From Elusimicrobiota bacterium (lineage in GTDB: Bacteria > CG03 > SLGR01 > JAGXOG01): a stretch of DNA of 64,000 nt. The first letter of the stretch is position 1, and every line of letters starts with the position of its first letter. Below the pieces are notes generated by a model. That model was not told where the DNA came from. It made no database searches and saw only the letters and a program-made list of their open reading frames with translations. The position numbers and the translations under genes were made by a program. Location of the stretch: the NCBI GenBank assembly GCA_051745145.1, contig JBNJDT010000003.1, positions 1 to 64,000 on the forward strand. The letters run 5' to 3'. Of this stretch, positions 18,676-27,474 are shown one piece after another.

Positions 18676-20074
18676 GCCAGAATAAATATAAGGTGAAAAA
18701 TAAAAATACCCCACCCTGGATTAATTTTACCAGACCTAAATTTTTATTATAAAATTTTTCCATCTTTTCAGAGCTCATTCCCCAAAAGATAAGCAAAAAT
18801 ATAATAACCATGGGTAAGATAAAAAATAAATTGTATAAAAATAAATGGCCTATGGCTTTCATCCGCAGAGACTCCACCCCTACCATATACGTAAGTGACG
18901 GCAAATATATCTGGCCGGTGCATATAAACTCAACCCCGGCCACAAGTGCGCCTAAGAAAAAAGCCAGATAGAGGAAATATTTACTGTCCGTAAAATTTTC
19001 CATTTTATCAATAACCCAGAACCTCCAGCTTTGGGGGATTTTTAAAAACACTTTACCCCCTCCCCCGGCGGCCCGGGCATCGTTAAAACTTAATATTCCC
19101 AAAACAAGGGTCAACGTCCCCATAACAGTGTAGATAATATTTTGAAGATTTCCCATGGCCGGCACTCTTTTTAAAAATGCCAGTATTCCCAGCCCGAACA
19201 AAAAATAAACTACAAATACTCCCGCCGAATAGAGCAGACCGGATAAAAATATAAATTTCGAAGATCTGTTTCCGTGTATACTAAGATAGGCCACCATCAT
19301 TATTATCATTCCGAACGCGCAGGGATTTATCCCGTCTACCAGGGCCGCTCCCAAAAAAGGGAAAAGGGCCCACCGGCCTTTTTTATCTTTTGTATCCTCC
19401 ACTTTTTCTAAGGTAGGAGGGGGAATTATTTTTTCTTCCAGTTTATTCAAAAGTTCATATATATCGTCTCCGGCATACAGCCGGCCGGCCGTTATTATTA
19501 TCGGAAAAGAGAGGGATTCCCCTTCGACATCGGTTTTCATTTCCATAAATTTTTCAAAATTTTTGCTTTTGTCTATGGGGTATTCTTTCAAAGTGAATTT
19601 ATTTTTTGTTTTCTCTTTTAAATTAGAAAAACTTTCTTTCACTTTTTCACAGCTGGGGCATCCCAATTCGTAAAAATAATTTAGCTCTAAAGTTGAATAA
19701 ACTTCGCCTTCTACCACATATTCTAAAAACTGTACTTTTGGGTCATTGGTCTGAATATAAATTTTTTTAACAATCTTTTCTTTTAAACCGTCTGTATCTA
19801 TTTTAATTAAAACTGTTTTTTCTTCTCGGGGGGGGATTGTGAATTTTTGCTCGGAGAGTGTTAAACACGGGCAACCGGTTCTTAAAACTAATTCTAAATT
19901 TTCATCGCCGGGATTACTGAATAATACTCTTCTGTTTAATTTTTTGCCCTCTATTAGCTTTCCGGTATCCCAGCTACCGTGATTTATGCTCAATTCCGGC
20001 TGTCCTATGCCGGTCCCGGGAAAACCGATAATAATTATTATTAAATTAACTGCTATAAATAATTTTTTTTTCAT
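18662..20074 (-). CDS. DUF1573 (Ig-like) + glutaredoxin-like + CcdA/DsbD-type transmembrane fusion protein
   Basis: Signal peptide, RTGCPC...TNDP, GCPSC, then a multi-TM domain with DGINPCAF and EFICTGQIY. Confidence 0.75.
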   Translation of the reverse strand: MKKKLFIAVNLIIIIIGFPGTGIGQPELSINHGSWDTGKLIEGKKLNRRVLFSNPGDENLELVLRTGCPCLTLSEQKFTIPPREEKTVLIKIDTDGLKEKIVKKIYIQTNDPKVQFLEYVVEGEVYSTLELNYFYELGCPSCEKVKESFSNLKEKTKNKFTLKEYPIDKSKNFEKFMEMKTDVEGESLSFPIIITAGRLYAGDDIYELLNKLEEKIIPPPTLEKVEDTKDKKGRWALFPFLGAALVDGINPCAFGMIIMMVAYLSIHGNRSSKFIFLSGLLYSAGVFVVYFLFGLGILAFLKRVPAMGNLQNIIYTVMGTLTLVLGILSFNDARAAGGGGKVFLKIPQSWRFWVIDKMENFTDSKYFLYLAFFLGALVAGVEFICTGQIYLPSLTYMVGVESLRMKAIGHLFLYNLFFILPMVIIFLLIFWGMSSEKMEKFYNKNLGLVKLIQGGVFLFFTLYLFWHVFA

Positions 20075-20146
20075 TGAGTGTTACTTTTTGCTGTCTGATA
20101 TAAGCCGCTTAGTTTAAACTTATCCGGCTGTCCGTAAGGTTTTTTA

Positions 20147-20632
20147 TTAGGTTTTAGAAATTTTTAATTTATTATATACCGAATTAAGCGATTCTGATAT
20201 AACTCTTTCTTCTCCGACCACAGGCATAAAATTCGTATCGCCCTCCCACCGGGGAACGATGTGCATGTGCAGATGCTGGTCAAAGCCCGCTCCGGCCACC
20301 TTACCTATATTCATTCCCACGTTAAAACCATGGGGATTCATAGTCTCTTTTATTTTACCAACATACATTTTAACAACTTCCGTCATTTCACCGTACTCTT
20401 TTTTAGTTAATTCCTCGAGGTTTCCGGTATGTTTATAGGGGGCAACCATAATATGACCGTTATTGTAGGGGTATTTATTTAAGAGGGCAAACACCTTATC
20501 CCCCCGGTATATAATAAGTTCTTTTTCATCGTTATCTTTTTTAGGTTTATGGCAAAATATACAGTCCATATCTTCAGAATCGTTTATGTATTTATACCGC
20601 CAGGGTGCCCAGAGAATATTATCTTTTTTCAT
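20147..20632 (-). CDS. HIT family hydrolase (Ap4A phosphorylase-like)
   Basis: LWAPWR, CIFC, NKYPYNNGH, HLHMHIVPRW. Confidence 0.92.
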   Translation of the reverse strand: MKKDNILWAPWRYKYINDSEDMDCIFCHKPKKDNDEKELIIYRGDKVFALLNKYPYNNGHIMVAPYKHTGNLEELTKKEYGEMTEVVKMYVGKIKETMNPHGFNVGMNIGKVAGAGFDQHLHMHIVPRWEGDTNFMPVVGEERVISESLNSVYNKLKISKT

Positions 20633-20813
20633 CTAATTGCCACAGTCCTATTCCTATTGTCAGCCAGCTGGCTATTAAAAATACCGGACCCAGAAAAGCG
20701 GCCCAGTTATCTGCCTTTCTGTTAACAAAATACAGTACTGTAAACCCTATAATTAAAAGAGCAACGCCGCTATATATAAATTTACCGGGCAATATCTTTT
20801 CTGAATTTTTCAT
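20619..20813 (-). CDS. Small two-TM membrane protein
   Basis: 64 aa with two hydrophobic helices; tightly packed between tyrS and the HIT gene. Confidence 0.6.
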   Translation of the reverse strand: MKNSEKILPGKFIYSGVALLIIGFTVLYFVNRKADNWAAFLGPVFLIASWLTIGIGLWQLDEKR

Positions 20814-20816
20814 AAT

Positions 20817-21980
20817 TTATGTTAATTTTAAAAAATTTCGCTTTCCGATTTTAACTGTTCTTTTTTCTCCAGGGGAGACGGTATAATTTCTGTTTTTTAT
20901 TTTTTCACCGTCAACTGATACGGCCCCCTGGTTTATATACCTTTTTATCTGAGATTTAGAAGAAAGTATATTTTTACTGGCTATTATATCAACTAATTTT
21001 TCCTCTTTCTCTACTTTATATGAATCCATATCTTCCGGGGTTTTACCTTTTGAGAAAACTCTTTCAAAGTTTTTCCGGGCCCGCTTCGCCTTGGCCGGAC
21101 CGTGATATTTTTCAATAATTTTTCGGGCCAGTTTCTTTTTAGCTTTCATGGGATGCAGTTTCTTTATTTTCTCCATATTTTCAACGGTAAGTAATTTGTA
21201 ATATCTATACATCATATCATCGGATACAGACATTATCTTCCCAAACATTTCCGAAGGTTTTTCATTAATTCCGATATGATTGCCGTAACTTTTGGACATT
21301 TTTTGCACCCCGTCCGTGCCCTCTAAAAGTGGCATCGTTAAAATAGACTGCGGGGAAGAATTGTTCTTTTGTAGTTCTCTGCCTACCAGAAGATTGAATT
21401 TTTGATCTGTTCCTCCAATTTCCACATCGGCTTCGACTTCTACAGAGTCGTACCCTTGAAGAAGGGGATAGAGAAATTCAGTAATACTTATAGGATTTCC
21501 CTCATTATACCGTTTGGAAAAATCATTTCTTTCCAGCATTCTGGCCACTGTATATTTAGAAGCTAATTTTATTATGCCCGAAGCACCCAGTTTTTCCAGC
21601 CAGCTTGAATTTCTCACTAATTTAATATTATCCCGTTTTAATACTTTAAATATCTGTTCTTTGAAGCCGGCTATGCTTTTTTCAATCTCCTCTTCACTGA
21701 GTACCGGGCGCTCTTTAGATCTTCCGGAAGGGTCCCCTATCCGGGCGGTGAAATCCCCGATAATAAATATTACGGTATGTCCTAACTCCTGAAACTGCCG
21801 TAATTTCTCCATAACTACCGTATGACCCAGATGTAAATCAGGCGCCGTCGGATCCGCGCCGAATTTTACTCTTAACTTCTTACCGGATTTAAGTTTTTCG
21901 ATTAAACTCTCTTTTCCAATGATTTCTTCGGATCCCCGGGTAATTAAATCTAACTGTTTTTTAATATTTTGTTTATTCAT
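20817..21980 (-). CDS. tyrS: Tyrosine--tRNA ligase
   Basis: DPTAPDLHLGH, QGYD, GGTDQ, KMSKS, C-terminal S4 domain. Start placed at MNKQ, downstream of a TTGATA-N17-TAAACT promoter. Confidence 0.96.
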   Translation of the reverse strand: MNKQNIKKQLDLITRGSEEIIGKESLIEKLKSGKKLRVKFGADPTAPDLHLGHTVVMEKLRQFQELGHTVIFIIGDFTARIGDPSGRSKERPVLSEEEIEKSIAGFKEQIFKVLKRDNIKLVRNSSWLEKLGASGIIKLASKYTVARMLERNDFSKRYNEGNPISITEFLYPLLQGYDSVEVEADVEIGGTDQKFNLLVGRELQKNNSSPQSILTMPLLEGTDGVQKMSKSYGNHIGINEKPSEMFGKIMSVSDDMMYRYYKLLTVENMEKIKKLHPMKAKKKLARKIIEKYHGPAKAKRARKNFERVFSKGKTPEDMDSYKVEKEEKLVDIIASKNILSSKSQIKRYINQGAVSVDGEKIKNRNYTVSPGEKRTVKIGKRNFLKLT

Positions 21981-22092
21981 TGTTCTGATTTTGATAATTA
22001 GTTTAATAAAATTTCCCTCTATTATCAAGAAATATTATAAAATAAAATTTTTATTTGATAACCCTTATTTAATTTGTATAATTATGAAAGCT

Positions 22093-24225
22093 ATGAAGAA
22101 AAAATACATTATTATTTCCATATTTGTCTTTATAATTGCATCAATTATCGGTGGGGGCTGGCTATTACTTATTTCCTATTCTAAAGATTTGCCTTCTACC
22201 TCCTCGCTGGTTCAATACAAACCTGAAATAGCCACTAAAATTTACGATGTAAACGGAACCCTTATCGATGAACTTTACATGAAAAGGCGAACTCTTGTAC
22301 CACTGAATAAAATTCCGGTAAATCTACAAAATGCGGTGCTGGCTACCGAGGATACAAATTTTTTCAATCACTGGGGCCTTGATATACTGGGCGTCCTGCG
22401 GGCTTTTATACAAAATTTACGGGCCGGTTATGTTGTCCAGGGGGGAAGTACCATCTCTCAGCAGCTGGCCAAGGTAATGTTCTTAACATCCGAGAGAACC
22501 CTTAAACGTAAAATCAAAGAACTGATTTTAGCTATGTATATAGAAAGACAATATTCCAAGGAAGAAATTTTACAGTTCTATTTAAACCAGATATATTTTG
22601 GAGAAGGAGCTTACGGAGTGGAAGCGGCCAGTAAAATTTATTTTAACAAGTCTACCGAAGATTTAAGTCTATCCGAATGTGCAATGCTCGCCGGACTGCC
22701 CCGGGCTCCAACCGGTTACTCGCCGGATAACAATATAGTCCGGGCTTATCATAGAAGAGCAACGGTATTGAGCAGGATGTATGAACTGGGTTTTATTACC
22801 AAAGAGGAAAAGATTAAGGCCAACAGCGCCCCATTACCATTATCAACTTTTAGTGAAGAAGAAGAAGTTGCCCCGTATTTCATAGAACATATAAGAAAAA
22901 AATTAATTTCTAAATTCGGAGCCAATCTTCTCTATAAAGGGGGGCTCAGAATCTATACTACAATGGATCTGAAAATGCAGGAAATTGCTCAAGAAACTTT
23001 ATACAATTCTCTTGAAGAATTTGATAAATCTAAAAAACTGGAATTAAAAGAAGAAGAATTTGAAGAGGGAGACTATGAAGATATTGAAGAAGTAGAACTT
23101 TCTACAGGTGCCTTTCAAGAAGTACAGGGTGCCATAATATCCATAGATCCAAAAAACGGTCAAATCCGGGCTATGGTAGGGGGCCGGGATTTTGAGGATA
23201 GTGAATTCAACAGAGCAATGCAGGCCAACCGGCAGCCGGGGTCCGGGTTCAAACCTTTTATTTATACTGCGGCAATTGACAATGGATATACAGCCGCTTC
23301 TATCCTAAAAGATACTCCCCGGGTTTACTATAATGACGGCGTCAGCTGGAATTTACTTAAAAATACAACCAATATACATCAGCTTCAATTAAATATTGAA
23401 AAGCTGGAAGAAAAAGAGGAAAAAACTGAAGAAGAAGAAGAAGAATTAGAATCTTTAAAAAAGACCGTATGGTCCCCTTCAAATTACTATAATAAATACC
23501 GGGGAGAAATTACTTTAAGAAACGCCCTGGTTAAATCCATAAACTGTGCTACGGTGGATTTACTTTATAAAATCCGGCCGGTAACCGCTTTGTACTATGC
23601 CCGAAAAATGGGCATAGAAAGTAAAAATCTACCTCAATCCCTGTCCCTGGGGCTGGGCTCCGGGGAATTAAAACCGATTGAAATGGCCTCGGCTTACTCT
23701 GTCTTTGCCAATCAGGGAGTTAAAACAGAGCCATATACAATAATAAAAGTTGAGGATTATTCCGGGAATGTGCTGATGGAAAATTTCCCTTCCGAAGAGC
23801 AGGTCCTGTCCCCACAAACTAATTATATTATGGTGAATTTAATGGAACAGGTAGCAGAACACGGTACCGGCTGGTACACCAACCGTCTGGGCAGACCGAG
23901 AGCCGGGAAAACAGGAACCACAAATGATTTTTCCGATGCCTGGTTCACGGGTTATGTACCTAACCTGGTTACATCAGTATGGGTGGGATATGATGACCGG
24001 AGTACTCTCGGCGAACGAAAATCTGCCGCTGTTGTAGCGGTCCCCATCTGGACCCAGTATATGCAAAAAGCTCTGGAACACACCCCGGTACTTGATTTTG
24101 CTGTACCGGACGGCATAACTTTTGAATATTTTGACCCGGAGACCGGACATCTGGCAACCCGTAGTTCAGAAAATGCCGTTATCCAGGCCTTTATCGAAGG
24201 TACCGAACCCCAAACTTATTTTTAA
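22093..24225 (+). CDS. mrcA: Class A penicillin-binding protein (PBP1A)
   Basis: Transglycosylase EDxxFxxHxG, GGSTISQQLAK, RKIKE; transpeptidase SGFK, SIN, KTGT. Start placed after TTGATA-N16-TATAAT (22055-22082). Confidence 0.92.
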   Translation: MKKKYIIISIFVFIIASIIGGGWLLLISYSKDLPSTSSLVQYKPEIATKIYDVNGTLIDELYMKRRTLVPLNKIPVNLQNAVLATEDTNFFNHWGLDILGVLRAFIQNLRAGYVVQGGSTISQQLAKVMFLTSERTLKRKIKELILAMYIERQYSKEEILQFYLNQIYFGEGAYGVEAASKIYFNKSTEDLSLSECAMLAGLPRAPTGYSPDNNIVRAYHRRATVLSRMYELGFITKEEKIKANSAPLPLSTFSEEEEVAPYFIEHIRKKLISKFGANLLYKGGLRIYTTMDLKMQEIAQETLYNSLEEFDKSKKLELKEEEFEEGDYEDIEEVELSTGAFQEVQGAIISIDPKNGQIRAMVGGRDFEDSEFNRAMQANRQPGSGFKPFIYTAAIDNGYTAASILKDTPRVYYNDGVSWNLLKNTTNIHQLQLNIEKLEEKEEKTEEEEEELESLKKTVWSPSNYYNKYRGEITLRNALVKSINCATVDLLYKIRPVTALYYARKMGIESKNLPQSLSLGLGSGELKPIEMASAYSVFANQGVKTEPYTIIKVEDYSGNVLMENFPSEEQVLSPQTNYIMVNLMEQVAEHGTGWYTNRLGRPRAGKTGTTNDFSDAWFTGYVPNLVTSVWVGYDDRSTLGERKSAAVVAVPIWTQYMQKALEHTPVLDFAVPDGITFEYFDPETGHLATRSSENAVIQAFIEGTEPQTYF

Positions 24226-24263
24226 GATGCTCGAAAACAGTTTTGAATTTAACGGAGGTAACT

Positions 24264-24779
24264 ATGAAAGATATTAAAAAAGGTGTGCGGGATGTAGCTA
24301 ACTTTATGGCTATTGCGGCCAGAACCGCTCCCAAAGCCCGGGGGCGGGACAATCTGGTAATAAAAATATTTAAAAAAAATGAATTAAAAGAGTTAGCTGA
24401 TAATATGATTGAGACAGGAAAAAAAACTTCACGTCCCCAGACCTTCAAAAGGGATGCGGACAATATTGAGAAAGCGGATTGTCTATTATTACTGGCTACT
24501 CGCTACAGTACTCTTGAACTTGACTGCGGATTCTGCGGTAAAAATACCTGCCTGAAAGCTAAAGAATCCCATATAACCTGTGCCTACAATTCCGGAGATC
24601 TGGGTATAGCCGTAGGTTCTGCTGTAGCTAAAGCCTCTGATTTCCACATAGATAACCGGATTATGTACACGGTGGGTTATACTGTAAAAAAATTGAACTT
24701 ACTTGGTAAAGATATAGCTATGGCCCTGGGCATCCCCCTTTCGGCGACGGGGAAAAACATTTTTTTCGACCGGAATTAA
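24264..24779 (+). CDS. DUF2148 ferredoxin-domain-containing protein
   Basis: AARTAPKARG.D, CGFCG...C, DLGIAVGSA, DNRIMY; GGAGG RBS before ATG 24264. Confidence 0.82.
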   Translation: MKDIKKGVRDVANFMAIAARTAPKARGRDNLVIKIFKKNELKELADNMIETGKKTSRPQTFKRDADNIEKADCLLLLATRYSTLELDCGFCGKNTCLKAKESHITCAYNSGDLGIAVGSAVAKASDFHIDNRIMYTVGYTVKKLNLLGKDIAMALGIPLSATGKNIFFDRN

Positions 24780-24799
24780 TATTTTAAAATATACTATAG

Positions 24800-25429
24800 A
24801 TGGGAACTGAAAAAATTAACAAAATTTATAATACGCTATCCACAAAATATCCGAAAGCCGATATAAGTCTTAACTTCCGCAATAACTGGCAGCTGCTTGT
24901 GGCTACAATACTTTCCGCTCAGTGTACTGATAAAAGAGTTAATAAAATAACCAAAAAACTTTTCCGGGATTATCCCCGGCTGGAAAATTACCTGGATATG
25001 TCTAAAGAAGAGCTTATCCGGTATATCCGACCGGCGGGTTTTTATAATAACAAAGCCAAAAATATTCTGGGAGCCGCTAAATTAATAGATGATAAATTTA
25101 ACGGCAAAGTTCCTGACAACATGGAGGATATGTTGAAAATCCCGGGAGTGGCCAGAAAAACTGCCAATGTAGTATTGGGGAACGCTTACGGAATTTTTGA
25201 GGGCATTGCGATCGATACACATGTTAAAAGATTATCTTACAGACTGGGACTTACCAAACACAAAAACCCCGACAAGATAGAACAGGATTTGATGAAAATA
25301 CTGCCCCGGAAAAAATGGTTTAGATTTACTTATCTTTTAATCGAACACGGCCGTAATACCTGTAAAGCGAGAAATCCCCGCTGCTTGGACTGTCCTTTAC
25401 AAAAAATATGTCTTCAAAAAGGAATTTAA
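24800..25429 (+). CDS. nth: Endonuclease III
   Basis: LSAQCTD, HhH PGVARKTANV, DTHV, C-x6-C-x2-C-x5-C. Confidence 0.95.
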   Translation: MGTEKINKIYNTLSTKYPKADISLNFRNNWQLLVATILSAQCTDKRVNKITKKLFRDYPRLENYLDMSKEELIRYIRPAGFYNNKAKNILGAAKLIDDKFNGKVPDNMEDMLKIPGVARKTANVVLGNAYGIFEGIAIDTHVKRLSYRLGLTKHKNPDKIEQDLMKILPRKKWFRFTYLLIEHGRNTCKARNPRCLDCPLQKICLQKGI

Positions 25430-25473
25430 ATTAGACTTAATTTATTATATTTTATATATTTATACATGTACGT

Positions 25474-27321
25474 ATGAATGATTCAAAAAATTTAAAAAAT
25501 AATTTAAACCTTCTGGAAATTTTTTGTCTGGCTACCGGAGCCATGATAAGTTCCGGACTTTTTGTACTGCCCGGACTGGCCTACGCAAAAGCCGGACCGG
25601 CCGTAATTCTCTCTTATTTTCTGGCCGCCTGTCTGGTTCTTCCGGGAATGTTAAGCCAGGCGGAGCTGGTTTCAGCCATGCCTAAAGCCGGGGGAACTTA
25701 TTTTTACATAACCCGCAGTCTGGGACCGGCAGCCGGAACAATCGGTGGGATAGTGGACTGGTTTACAATATCCTTAAAAAGTTCGTTTGCCCTGGTGGGC
25801 CTGGGAGCATTTGCCCAGATGATCATTCCCGTTAATATAAAAATTGTGAGTATCGGATTAGCAGTACTTTTTATAGCAATTAACTTTCTGGGAACAAAGT
25901 TAGCGGGTCGAACACAGGTAATTATAGTTTTAGTACTGATAGGCCTGCTCGGTATCTTCGTAGGCAAAGGGTTCGGTACGGTAAAACCGACATATTTTTC
26001 TAATTTTGCTTCTAGCGGATTTTCTAGCATTATTTCCACCGCCGGGTTTGTCTTTATCTCTTACGGGGGAATCCTTAAAATAACCAGCATAGCCGAAGAA
26101 ACTCACAACCCGGGAGTTAATATTCCCAAGGGAATGATTTATTCAATGATATTTGTCTCCGTCATGTATGCCCTGGTTGTTTTTGTAACTACCGGAGTAC
26201 TGGACCCGGAAATTCTTAAAGAATCTCTCACTCCGGTAAATGACGCGGCGGCAGTATTTATGGGGGAACCCGGTAAGATTATTCTGGCTATTGCCGCAAT
26301 TCTGGCTTTTGTTTCTACGGCCAACGCCGGTATAATGTCCGCGGCCAGGTATCCGCTGGCTTTAAGCAGAGACGGGATGCTTCCTCCTTTATTTAAAAAA
26401 ATAAATTCTAAAAATATTCCCTCCAACGCCCTTTTAATTACCGGAATTGTTGTCCTTATATCTTTATTTCTTAAGCTTGATGTTTTAGTAAAGGCAGCTT
26501 CCACGGTTCTTCTGCTTTCCTTTATTTTTGCTAATTTTTCCGTTATTGTTCTCCGGGAAAGTCATATCCAGAACTATCAGCCACAATTTAAAGCCCCCTT
26601 CTACCCCTGGCTCCAGATAGCCGGGATTATAGGACTTTCCACTCTATTGTTTAAAATGGGGATATCCGCTCTTCTTACTACTGCTTTATTTTTTCTGGGC
26701 GGATTTTTAGTGTACTGGTTTTACGGAAGAGCGCAGGCCCAGCAGGAGTACGCACTCATACATCTTATAGAAAGAATCGGCGATAAAAATCTAACCGGCG
26801 GTCTTTTAGAGAATGAACTTAAAGATATAATCCGGGAAAGGGATGAAATAGTTAACGACAGATTTGACCAACTTATTGAGGACTGCGTAGTTCTCGATTA
26901 CGACCGTAAAGTGTCCATGGAAAAGATGCTCCGGGAGGCATCTGAAAAACTGTCCGAAAGGATTGACCAGCCCGCTGAACAGTTATACCAAAATTTTTTA
27001 AAAAGAGAAAAAGATACATCCACGGTAATCAACTCCTTTCTGGCCATACCCCATATTGTTATAGAAGGAGAAAATATATTCGAAATTGTCGTGGCCAGAA
27101 GCAGAAAAGGCATAGAATTTAAAACAGAAAATAATACTGTTTCAGTTAAAGCTGCTTTTATTCTGGTAGGCAGCACGGACGAGAGAAATTTTCATCTGAA
27201 AACCCTTTCTGCCATATCCCAGCTGGTTCAAAATGAGGATTTTAAAAACCGGTGGATGCAAGAAGGGGATAAATCTAACATAAGAGATATAATTCTTCTC
27301 GGGGACCGCATAAGAGAATAA
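25474..27321 (+). CDS. APC family (amino acid/cation) permease fused to a C-terminal PTS EIIA-type domain
   Basis: GAMISSGLF, AGG.Y, EE...P, about 12 TM segments; C-terminal RE...ST...AIPH EIIA motif. Confidence 0.85.
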   Translation: MNDSKNLKNNLNLLEIFCLATGAMISSGLFVLPGLAYAKAGPAVILSYFLAACLVLPGMLSQAELVSAMPKAGGTYFYITRSLGPAAGTIGGIVDWFTISLKSSFALVGLGAFAQMIIPVNIKIVSIGLAVLFIAINFLGTKLAGRTQVIIVLVLIGLLGIFVGKGFGTVKPTYFSNFASSGFSSIISTAGFVFISYGGILKITSIAEETHNPGVNIPKGMIYSMIFVSVMYALVVFVTTGVLDPEILKESLTPVNDAAAVFMGEPGKIILAIAAILAFVSTANAGIMSAARYPLALSRDGMLPPLFKKINSKNIPSNALLITGIVVLISLFLKLDVLVKAASTVLLLSFIFANFSVIVLRESHIQNYQPQFKAPFYPWLQIAGIIGLSTLLFKMGISALLTTALFFLGGFLVYWFYGRAQAQQEYALIHLIERIGDKNLTGGLLENELKDIIRERDEIVNDRFDQLIEDCVVLDYDRKVSMEKMLREASEKLSERIDQPAEQLYQNFLKREKDTSTVINSFLAIPHIVIEGENIFEIVVARSRKGIEFKTENNTVSVKAAFILVGSTDERNFHLKTLSAISQLVQNEDFKNRWMQEGDKSNIRDIILLGDRIRE

Positions 27322-27474
27322 TCCCGCACAATCACTTTATAAAAACAATACCGGTTCCTATTTTATAATAAAAAGAGACACCGACTTAACCTATCAAGCC
27401 TTTTGGCTTCCCTTAAATCCGTAATCACTTTATATTATAGTACAGTCAGTATGCTTAAATTCTAGAAATTTCAA

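Noticed and set aside
21981..22092. T-box riboswitch upstream of tyrS (or the other aaRS genes)
   Set aside because: The space is short and occupied by divergent promoters, with no T-box motif or terminator; the other synthetases are internal to operons.
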